A stretch of 64,000 nucleotides of DNA, taken from Rhodosorus marinus CCMP1338. Its lineage: Eukaryota; Plantae; Rhodophyta. The position numbers and the translations under genes were made by a program. Shown in pieces: positions 22,706 to 32,260 of the stretch. The stretch is taken from assembly GCA_029953675.1 (NCBI GenBank), contig JAMWBK010000001.1:1550001-1614000 (forward strand), in the 5' to 3' direction. The notes under the pieces are model-generated. The model was given only the letters and a program-made list of their open reading frames with translations, was not told the DNA's origin and searched no databases. Positions within the stretch are counted from its first letter, which is position 1, and every line of letters starts with the position of its first letter.

Positions 22706-22820
22706 TTTTTATCCGCTCAGGTATCTTCTGAGTTCCCATCCACACAAATCGCCAGCCGATTTCTACCTTTTTCTAAATAATTCTATCGGGCCAAATCTGG
22801 CCCCGACGGGCAGATTTGTC
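22706..22820. repeat. Dispersed repeat of about 115-130 bp ending in a hairpin; second copy 23662-24141, interrupted by B
   Basis: TTTATCCGCTCAGGTATCT..TACCTTTTTCTAAAT..GGCCAAAT(C/A)TGGCCC..GGG(C)CAGATTTG is present twice. Confidence 0.8.
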
Positions 22821-22831
22821 ATGGTGTGCCA

Positions 22832-23105
22832 ACTGGTTTTTATTGCATTGCCTGAAGCGCCAACGCAAGGCGTGACAAGGAGCTAAGAACTAGGTAGGGA
22901 AGCGTGCAAACCCAAGCGCCGATGGGCGCACCTCGGCAAAAATGCTTCTAGAATATCGCCACAGGGAGATAATTAAACGGTGTAAGAGTTCCAAGTATTC
23001 GGTAGGTATTCGGTAGGATGCTCAGCGAAACATTTCCGCAACCACTCCAAACCCGATTTCTCCACGTGATCAAAACTTTCCAAAATGAAAAGCTGGAACC
23101 GGTAT
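22832..23105 (-). mobile_element. Diverged A' 3' fragment
   Basis: RLE C-terminal coding sequence plus a 3' stem-loop variant GCGTTG..CAATGC. Confidence 0.8.
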
Positions 23106-23164
23106 TCACAATCTTCCTATATTCTGAGATTTTGGGCTTCGGGAAAACGTCATGCGGAAGGGCG

Positions 23165-23657
23165 CGGGCAAAACCCTAGTTCTACCCGTCGTGGACTTCC
23201 AAAACGAAGAAATCAGAGTAGCCGACCTTGTGATCACCTGTGACGACAGCCGCCGTACCTTCTACGTCGATCTAGCTGTTCCTAATCCCCAAGCTAGTCG
23301 GTACCTCCCGGCGGCGCGGGAGCGCCGTGGATCTGCCGCCGCCAGTACTGGGCGCCGCAAAAAGATCAAATACGCGGAGGCTTTGTCCTCCCCTGGTGTT
23401 CGCGAGTCGGCACTAGCGAATAGCTTGGTACCTCTGATCACTCGCGCTTTGGGCTTATGGACTCTGTTGGGTCTCGCTGGCTTCGGGAGTTGTTCCGAGA
23501 ACGCCGTGACCGTCTGCAAAACGATATTTGCCCCGCCTACGTTTCCTGCTGTGGCGCCCCGAATGCTGACCTAATGTTGGAGGCGAGCGATCTACGCCGC
23601 GCTTAGTGAAGTTCTTTTCCCTTGGGGTTTTTTCTTTTAGCCTCCGATTAATCCATT
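23165..23657 (+). mobile_element. Diverged B-type 3' fragment
   Basis: VADLVITCDDSRRTFYVDLAVPNPQASRY; ends GCCTCCGATTAATCCATTC. Confidence 0.85.
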
Positions 23658-23763
23658 CCTCTTTATCCGCTCAGGTATCTCTTGAGTTCACATCCCCAAA
23701 AATCGTTTGGCCATTTTATACCTTTTTCTAAATATTCCTACCTGGCCAAATATGGCCCGGATA

Positions 23764-24118
23764 CGAACGAATGGTTTAATCGGAGGCTGAAAAAAAAACC
23801 CCGAGGGGAAAAAAAGACTAAGCGCGGCGAAGTACTCGCGCCTCCAACATCAAAGCGGCATTCATGCGCCACAGCAGGAAACTTAAGCGGGTAAACAACG
23901 ATTGAAGACGGTCAGGGCGTTCGCGGAACAACTCCCGAAGCCAGCGAGAACCAACAGAGTCCATGAACCCAAAGCACTCAATGATCAGGGGTACCAAGCG
24001 ATGTGCTAATGCCGAAGCACGAACACCAGGGGAAGACAAAGCCCCCGCGTATTTGATCTCTTTGCGGCGTCTCATGCTGGTGGCGGCAGATCCACGGCGC
24101 TCCCCCGCAGCCGGGAGC
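23764..24118 (-). mobile_element. 5'-truncated family B 3' end (355 bp) with a 10-bp TSD
   Basis: Near-identical to 45925-46275; TSD GGCCCGGATA at 23754-23763 and 24119-24128. Confidence 0.95.
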
Positions 24119-24229
24119 GGCCCGGATAAGGGCCAGATTTGGCAAAATAGAACATCTCCGGAACCACTCCAAACCCGACTTCTCCACGGGGTTACCAGAA
24201 CCAGTCAAGTTCTGCTCTTATTCAGAGGC

Positions 24230-24790
24230 TAACTACTCTGAGAAGCGAGAAACAAGACGGTGATGAGGCAGCATTCGAGCGCCACCGTGTCAAAGAGAGC
24301 TTCATGAGGAGGTGGTCCAGGCGTCCCGGGCCGTTACCGAACATACAACGCAGCCAGCGCGAACCTACACCATCTATCAGACCAAAGCACTCGAGAATGA
24401 GCGGAACAAACCTGTAGGTTACCGCCGAATCGCGAATCGTAGATATTGACATTGCCTCGGTGTATTGCGATTCCTTCAGTTGGCGCATGCTCGAGCTGCA
24501 GCTCCGCGAAGACGAGCGGACGCAGAAAGGTACCTGGACGCCTGGAGACACTGGTCAAGCCTGTATGCAAAACAAACCCGAAAAGACCAGATTTCAAGCC
24601 CGGCGTGTCTCACGATGGGCCGAAGTTCGCAGTGTAACAGGTTCAGGATCCTCGTATGTCAGCGAGTCCGAGCGCTTTTCACATCAGGGCAGCTGGCATG
24701 CAGGTGTGCGCCAAAATCAGCGGTGCTTTCGACACGAGCGTGGGGAAGGGTTGCAAACCCTGCGCGATAAGCCAATTCGGCTGGTGTAAA
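24230..24790 (-). mobile_element. Old B-like RLE fragment
   Basis: Reverse strand reads ..ADFGAHLHASC..RILNLLHCELRPIV.. and ..FVPLILECFGLIDGVGSRWLR.. Confidence 0.75.
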
Positions 24791-24989
24791 GCAAGGTACA
24801 ATCGTAGGGACGTACGGATCTCAGTATCTGTGAGCGTCAGTGGCGGGCAGAGTACTAGCCAACAGTTCTGCCGTCAACTTTGGGACGTCACATAGTGTCC
24901 AAGGCGGAAGCTCTCCCCGGTCGATTCCGGAGGGAATGACCGGCGGATTCTACCTCCCTCTTCGAGGGAAATTCTATACTCAACTGAGA

Positions 24990-25200
24990 GGATGCGAAAT
25001 CTGACAAACTCTGCACATGTGTTCCCGGGGCCATCGAGTTCTATGCCTTGCGTACAGCAAGCCTTGGAGAGATGGGCTCTGGAGGAGTCCAAGCCAATGA
25101 GTACTCCGGCTGTGGACCGGTGGACCCTGACCAGGGTACAAAACGAATTGAAGATCTGCTCTCAGACTTGCTGCTCCGAGCATAACGACTATCGCTGAGC
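24990..25200 (+). mobile_element. Possible copia pol fragment
   Basis: ERWALEESKPMSTP resembles the copia RT/RNase H linker motif (..GM.DCKP.STP); weak evidence. Confidence 0.35.
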
Positions 25201-25237
25201 ATCCTATCTAATACTTGGATCTCTTACTCCGTTTCAG

Positions 25238-25530
25238 TGTCGCCCTGTGGCGATATTCTAGCCAACATGCTTGCTGAGGCGAGCCATTGGCGCCTGGGTT
25301 TGCACGTTTCCCTCCCTAGTTCTTAGTTCCTTTTCACGCCTTGCGTAGCGCTTCAGGCTATGCTAGTAAAAGCCGTTGCGATATTCTAGCAGCGCCCTTG
25401 CCGAGGCGCGCCATCCGCGCCTCGGGTTGCACGCTTCCCGCCATAGTTCTTAGTTCTCTTTGAATGAATGAATGGTTCCCTTTCACGCTCGCGTTGCGCT
25501 CCGGCCAATGCACGTAAAAAACTGATAAAA
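25238..25530 (+). mobile_element. Two head-to-tail short A'-type 3' ends
   Basis: The RLE C-terminus plus 3'UTR occurs twice (ending near 25372 and 25515). The second contains a 13-bp (GAAT)n insert. Confidence 0.8.
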
Positions 25531-25974
25531 ACTGTTCCTTTTCAGACCACTTCAGGGTAGGCGAGTAAACACCAGTAAAAACCAGTTAAAATCGTCATAT
25601 GCCAGGAAGGGAAGAATCGAGTGTTCAGGTACTTTTGTTTACGAATTTTGTATTCTTTAGCGTATTAACCGGTATTTGTCCCGTATGCGGTGGCACTGGA
25701 GTTCAATCAATAGAGGGGCTGTCAGTCAATCAATGAGTGTGAATTGGGGCTGGGGCTAAGGGCTGAAAGGCGGCCGCCTTCTCCTGGTGCTCAGGTGACT
25801 GTTGGGCTGAGTGCATATACTGGTTTTTGGTTGGTTAGTACACATATACGTGGATGGATAAGGGTAGTTGCAACACATCGATGAACTGGACTAACGATTT
25901 CTATGCAGAGAGTGAATCCCTGGGGTCGTCTCTGCGGTTATCTCGCCGCCCCGCTGTATCGTAGATCTTCTTGT

Positions 25975-26480
25975 CTCAGACCCTGCCGCCCGCCGCCGAG
26001 GGGCAGCCGCTTCGGCTCTTCGACGAGTGAAGGAACGGCGGTATGCTGAGAGCATCGCCAGTCTGCCCTACGCCGAGGGTCGCTCCCACCGGTTCCAGCC
26101 TTTCATTGTGGAAAGCTTTGGTCATGTGGATAAGTCGTTGCGGAAATGTTTCGCTGAGCACCCTACTGAGTACTTGGCGCTTTTGCGGCGTTTGAGTGCC
26201 GCCCTGTGGCGATATTCTAGCAGTATGCTTGCCGAGGCGCGCCATCGGCGCCTGGGTTTGCACGCTTCCCTCCCTAGTTCTTAGTTCCTTTTCACGCTTT
26301 GCGTAGCCCTTCAGGCTTGCTAATAAAGCCAATAAAGCCCAGTGTATCTAGCTCTCTTGCGGTAGGCGAGCAACATGCTCGCCGAGGCGCGCCCACTGCA
26401 TCCTGGGCTTTGCATGTTCTCTTCCATAGTCCTTAGTTTCTTTTTACGTCTTGCGTAGCGCATCAGGCTATGTTTGTGAA
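25975..26480 (+). mobile_element. A' 3' fragment followed by an E-type 3' end
   Basis: ORF 26027..26284 matches the RLE C-terminus. 26350-26475 matches the GCGTAGCGCATCAGGCTATG variant also seen at 40690-40760(-) and 52461-52560(-). Confidence 0.78.
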
Positions 26481-27182
26481 ACCACGTAGTCAAGCGCAAC
26501 AAATACACGTGTGCCCTCGGTGACATCTTGATTTGCCGAGCCCGTTCGGGCTGTTCTCCTGCCAAGGTTTGTGGCTCTCAATGCAGCGTTACGCTGGGAC
26601 CAGCGGGGCACGCGTCCATTTGCATGGATAGGTGTACGTGTTTACATCGTCTTGCCAGCAAAACAGTGCATCCCTAAATCGCGGGAGCTACCACCGAGCA
26701 GCTGGCTAACAAACTGAGCCCATGAAGCTGGGTTCGAAGGTTATCGATGGTCGTCGTGGCTCTGCCACTGTAACCTGGGTTTTTACGACTGTAACCTTAA
26801 GCGCTAGCAGATCTGCCATCATACGCCTTACGCCCTGCGTAGGGCGTACGATGGCAGATCTGCTGTCCGAAAGGTGTACTGATAGTCGGCAAGACGGTGC
26901 GGGTTCGTTTTCAGGCAACGTCGTACGAACCTGAAACGACAATATCCACTTTCCTCTCAATGTTATCGTCCACCAGCGGCAGCCTATTATCCCAGTAAAG
27001 GCGTACGTTGTTGAGTGAGGACTACACTTAGAGGTTTTGCTCGGGTATAAAGCCATGGACCTTCAACGGACGGGGAAGCGGAGTTTCGACGCTGGCCTGT
27101 AGTCTGCCCCTATGCTAGGCTAGTAAAATCTAGTAAAAGTCAGTAAAAACCAGGTAAACTGAGAGAAACAACCGAAGCAAAC

Positions 27183-27845
27183 ATGAGATCTGTTGGATTT
27201 GCAATTGTAATGATCACGATAACCCTGGCTGCGTCTTCCTATGCGCTGAAGAACGGAGGTTGGGGCGACTACGACCCGGAACCGGAACCTGGAAATCCGA
27301 CCCCGACACCGAAGCTAGGATGCGCAGGCAATCCGTGCAGGAACGGATCTTCTTGTTATAACCGCGGATCTGGCGAGTACACATGCCACTGCCGCCTCGG
27401 ATGGTACGGCACTCGTTGTACGAAGCCTTGGGGCAGACTGACTGTACGGGCGGTGAAGCACGACGGAAAACTTGAGGACCTTGACGGCTTCAAAATCCCA
27501 GTGGAATTTGGCGACTACTCCGACCTGTACGTCCAGGTCATCGGTACCCAGTACAATGGGTACAAGCGAACGCTCAGGACCCAGACCTGGGACAACTACA
27601 TGGGCTACGGAAATCTCAACGGAGACCGCACGCTGGCCTTTGGCAACGGCTACTGGACTTCCGTCGACGTCTACCTGGTGGACAGAGACGACGGGCTCAT
27701 CTTCGAGAGAAACGATGAGCAGATTGCAAGGAGAGTCTACAGCCTCAACACCCAAGCGAGGGGACCGAACAGCGGCGGATACAGGCAGTTCACCATTGAC
27801 ACCGCTCACGGGAAGATGGTCATGGAGTATGAATACAAAGCGTAG
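27183..27845 (+). CDS. Predicted secreted protein with an EGF-like domain and a C2-like beta domain (220 aa)
   Basis: Signal-peptide-like MRSVGFAIVMITITLAASSYA, Pro-rich linker, 6-Cys EGF pattern CAGNPCRNGSSC..YTCHCRLGWYGTRC. The remainder (RLTVRAV..DLD..SDLYVQV..VDVYLVDRDD) has the Asp pattern of C2 domains (inference). Confidence 0.85.
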   Translation: MRSVGFAIVMITITLAASSYALKNGGWGDYDPEPEPGNPTPTPKLGCAGNPCRNGSSCYNRGSGEYTCHCRLGWYGTRCTKPWGRLTVRAVKHDGKLEDLDGFKIPVEFGDYSDLYVQVIGTQYNGYKRTLRTQTWDNYMGYGNLNGDRTLAFGNGYWTSVDVYLVDRDDGLIFERNDEQIARRVYSLNTQARGPNSGGYRQFTIDTAHGKMVMEYEYKA

Positions 27846-28024
27846 GGTTCTTTGCTACAGGCGAAGGAATCCGGAAGGACATTGCTCTCACTAAAGATAA
27901 ATATTCTCCTCGGTGACATGCCACTGCGACAAAGTTGTAATTCGTCATAGCTGATTGGATCGAGCTCGGACCCTAACCAAGTGGCTTAAAAGTTTTTTCT
28001 TGGGCTCATAGTGAAACCCGCAGG

Positions 28025-28560
28025 GATTGAAATGGAAAGTGAGACTACGCTACTCGTGGCGGGCTACCGGAATGAAGAGCGCCGTGTTACCGACCTCGTT
28101 GTCACCTGTGACGACAGTCGGCGCGCTACATGCGTTGATCTATGCTGTCCCCAATCCTCAGGCTAGCCGCCATCTGCGGGCCGCGCGGAGCATCGTTGAT
28201 AAGCCGCTGCCAATAGGCAATGTCACAAGGATGTGAAATACTTAAAGGCTTTGTCCTCCCGTGGACTCCGAGCTGCGGCTTTAGCTCATCGTCTCGGACC
28301 CATGGCAATCGAGTGCTTTGGTTTCATGGACTCTGCGGGTTCCCCTTGGCTCCAAGAATTGTTTCGCGAGCGCCCTGACCGGCTCTCCCCGTTGCTTACT
28401 CGTTTGAGTTTCCTGGTGTGTCGTACGAACACTGTATTGATGTTGGAGGATTGTAATATCTCCTCCTTGAGTAGAATATTTTTCCCACTCGCGTTGTTTG
28501 TTCTTCAGTCTCCGATAAGCACACTCTCTCACTCTTTCCAAACCTAGGAGAATCAGTCCT
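28025..28560 (+). mobile_element. Old B-like RLE 3' fragment
   Basis: MKYLKALSSRGLRAAALAHRLGPMAIECFGFMDSAGSPWLQELFRERPDRL matches the B C-terminus. Confidence 0.8.
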
Positions 28561-28729
28561 CCAACCCAGAGAAAAAGAAACCGCATTCTTTTTGCATATG
28601 TGGACCATCTCTGTTGAAGCTTGCGAAGGGCTTGCAAGAGAAGGTCTTATCGTGTAGTTGGTTAGCACGGGGCATTCTGAATCCCTAGCTCCGAGCTCAG
28701 GTCTCGGCAGGACCTCGGGTATGTACATG

Positions 28730-29089
28730 TCCTGTGGGCGCGCCCACCTCGCTGCCGCTGCCCGCCACCGGGGGCCATCCGCTTTTTGCCCTTCGCCTAG
28801 TGAAGGAACGACGGTAGGCTGAGAGTATGGCCAGTCTGCCTTGCGCAGAGGGTCGCTGCCACCGGTTCAAGCCTTTCATTGTGGAAAGCTTTGGTCACGT
28901 GGAGAATTCGAGGTTGCAGTGGTTGTGGAAATGTTTAACTAAGTATCCTACCGACTACTCGGAACTCTCAGGACATACTAGTCTCGCCCGATTCCAGCAG
29001 TATGCATACCAAGGCGCGCCATCGTACGCTTCCCTCCCTAGTTCTTAGTTCCTTTTCACGCCTTGCGTAGTGCTTCAGGCTATGCTAGT
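28730..29089 (+). mobile_element. Diverged A' 3' fragment, tail-to-tail with copy A5
   Basis: ASLPCAEGRCHRFKPFIVESFG; ends CTTCAGGCTATGCTAGT. Confidence 0.85.
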
Positions 29090-29158
29090 TTTACTGGACT
29101 TTACTGGACTGGACTTTACTAGCATAGCCTGAAGCGCTACGCAAGGCGTGAAGATGAA

Positions 29159-32100
29159 CTAATAACTAGGGAGGGAAGCATGCAACCCCAGGCGCCGATG
29201 GCGCGCCTCGGAAAGCATGTCGCTGGAATATCGCCAAAGGGAGACACTTAAACGCCTCAAGAGCGCCAAATATTCAGTAGGATGCTCAGCAAAACATTTC
29301 CGCAACCACTCTAAACCCGACTTATCGACGTGACCAAAGCTTTCCACAATGAATGGCTGGAACCGGTGAGAGCGACCCTCAGCGCAAGGCAGACTGGCCA
29401 TGCTCTCAGCATACCGTCGTTCCTTAACTCTTCGAAGGGCTGAAGCCGCGGCCCCCCGGCGGCGGGCGGCTGCGGTGAGGTGGGCGCTGGCCACGGGGCA
29501 GGTAATCGCAAGGTCCACATATGTTGAGCGTCTGGCAGCAGCGTCGGAGACGAGGAGATCGGCTATACAACGGGGCGGTGCAGAGTCCGAGATGGATCTG
29601 GGCAGTTCCGACTCAACCTCAACCGTATGCCCTATCCGAGTCAAAAATTCGCTGAGGATGTACTTGAGGCGAGTGTGACGCCTCGTACGGAGACCTCTCA
29701 ACAGTCCGCAGGAACCCAGGAAGTGGTAGCCACAAGCGTCAATCCGGCTCTCACATCCCTGACAGAAAGACGGCCGATTAGAGTGCCACGGAGCCTGTGG
29801 CAAACCGAGATAGATCCGTGCGGCAGAACGGAACTGGAAAGCATCGAGACGATGACTCAATGACGACGGTAGAGTGGTTAACCACAAGTGCGAGAGGTGG
29901 CCTCCCATGCCGCGGAGACGAGCGGCAGTGGTAGGCGGCGTGAGAGGAGAATTGAGCATGACTGTGTGAGCGGCACTGTGTTGGCCCCAGGTGAGGCTAT
30001 GTTGAATCACATCAGTGCGGGAGCTCCACAATCGGCTCAAACCCGGGTAGTCTGCAACAGGGGACCCGGGGCTAGCCTCTCCGTCATCGGCAAGAACTCG
30101 GTCGAGGGGACAATCCTCAATCGCTTCAGCTCGTCCCCATAACAGCTCCCTCCAGGAACGAAAGCGGGACCGATTTGCGTCCGGCACGGCGTTGCACCTC
30201 CTGAACGCGTGTTGAAGACCATCATAAATTGTCAAAAGCGGGGGCGGCAGGGTCACTGGATCCTCGTTGGTCAAAGCTCGAGCCAAGAGGCAGGCACTTC
30301 GCATCCGGAAGGTCACCAACGTTCGCAGCGCGGTAGCCCAGGAGGCAACCGCCGCTGGCGAGCATACCAGCCCACGGTCTGCGACGCCGAATCCCCCTAA
30401 TCGCAACGGTAGAGCGATCTGTGCACGAATAAAGTCCCTGTCGGGAGCAGCTTCAAGATCGAGGGGCTCATCCAAGAGCGTTCCCCAGTGTTGCAGGGTC
30501 ATTTCGTCGGCTTTAGCCGCGATCCACGAGCCCCAAGCTGGAGGCAGGCTGCGCAACCAGTAGTTGAGTCTGGGACCGGCACAAAAGCGGGAAAGCAAGC
30601 AGGCCGATTGCAGCATGCTGTCGGGTAGGTGCTCAATGGCGTCGGTGAGTTGCTTGTGCCGTGCCAAAACTCGCTCGCAGGATGCTTGGACAAAGTTGTC
30701 AGTCCCCAATCCGACGCCGTGGTGTTCGAACCCTTCACGTTCGCTGATTAGTCGCAGAGTGGGTGGCAGAGAGTTCAGCGACACGTCCCTCGGGGGGAGA
30801 AAGCGACATTTTTCTGTTTCCACAGTCAAACCGACGCGACGTGCAATCGCTTCGATCGCGGTCAGTCCCCTAGCCAGGGTGTCAGGGGTGCCCAGCAATG
30901 TTACGTCATCGTGGTACGCGCAGATTCGAAGATCCGAGACCTCAGTCGAAAGACGTAAAAGTACGAGCTGTAGGGCACAGGCATGAAGAAGAGGTCCGCA
31001 AGGGTCGCCTTGTTGGACGCCAGTATGTGCTTGAAAAACAGTGCCCTCCGTTGTCAAGTAGGGGAGGCTCTCCCCTCCGTAAATACCCGATAGAAACGGC
31101 CACGCCTCCGGAAACACACGTCGGAGCACCTCTAGCGCATGCGTCCGCGACACGCTGTTGAATGCGTTCCGGAAATCAACCACCAAGACTCCCCACTCCG
31201 GCCTACTGGCGCGTTCTAGCTCGATCCCATGGGTGATCAGTTCGCAACCCCCAGAAAATCCCACCCCTACTTGCAAGGGCGCCATAAAAGCTGTGACGCG
31301 CTGGCGAAGGCGCTGGCATAGCCACCTCCCGGCTAACTTCCGTAGGCTCTCCACCATCCCGATCGGCCGGAGACGCGGGTGGGCCGGCTGGTGGTCAGGT
31401 TTCGTGAGCAAGCAAAGCTGTGCCTGCCGGAGATGTTCCCATGGCGCGGACGCACCCGATACGCCCTGGAACAACTTGTTAAGGATCCTCAGAAGCGCGC
31501 TCTGGCCAGGCTGGCTCAGGGCCTGCAATAGCTCTGTTCTTAGTCCGGAGGGTCCAGGACAGCGTCCCCGACGCGAGGTACGAAGCAAATCCTCCAGGTC
31601 AGACTCACTGAGCGTCAGATCGATGCGAAACCTGGCCAACTCCGGACGGTCCAAGAATACCTCGAATTCAGGGGACAAATCCACGTCGGACTCAGGGAAC
31701 AAAGACGACACCGTCTGGGCGAGACTATCATCGTAGGGAGGACAGGCGCCTGGCCCTCCAAAACCCGCGCCGCTCGACTTAAATCGCCCACTGCTACCAA
31801 TTTCTGTACTCGAGCTGGCACGGGCGACACTGTGCCATGCCGAGTCCGACGGGCGGATGGTGCTGACGACGCCAAATAGCTGCGCTGTAGTACTTCGAAG
31901 TCTCCCTTCAAGAACAGGGCCAGTCGGTCTCGTACTCGCCATCTGCGCTCCGATGTGTGAATGGGGGCCAGAATCATGCGCGGCATGACCCCCAGAAAAA
32001 CCCAAATGACTGTGTCCCGAATGTTGCGAGCCAGGCTCGTGAAGATGAAATCGAGAATGGTTCCAGCTACCAGAAGGTCTCCACGAGGAAGGACGACTGG

Positions 32101-32229
32101 GGGAATGCCCCCACGGAGGGGAAGCGAGCCTCCTTCCAAAGAAATCCACCGCCGGAGCCAACTCCGAAAACGCGTACGCCAAATGCCCCAGTCTCCGCCC
32201 TCCTTCAGGACATAAGACTGTAGATCCAT
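29159..32229 (-). CDS. Family A ORF2: reverse transcriptase + CCHC knuckle + restriction-like endonuclease (about 1023 aa after restoring one C near 31737)
   Basis: Track ORFs 31615..32229 and 29159..32182 overlap; copies A1 and A7 have CTCCCCTAC where A5 has CTCCCTAC. All RT and RLE motifs are present. Confidence 0.88.
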
Positions 32230-32260
32230 AGGCTGCGACCTCGCAGCCGTGCCTGGAGCG

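Noticed and set aside
26500-27060. 116-aa minus-strand ORF and neighbours
   Set aside because: No recognisable motifs or composition signal; cannot be supported as a gene.
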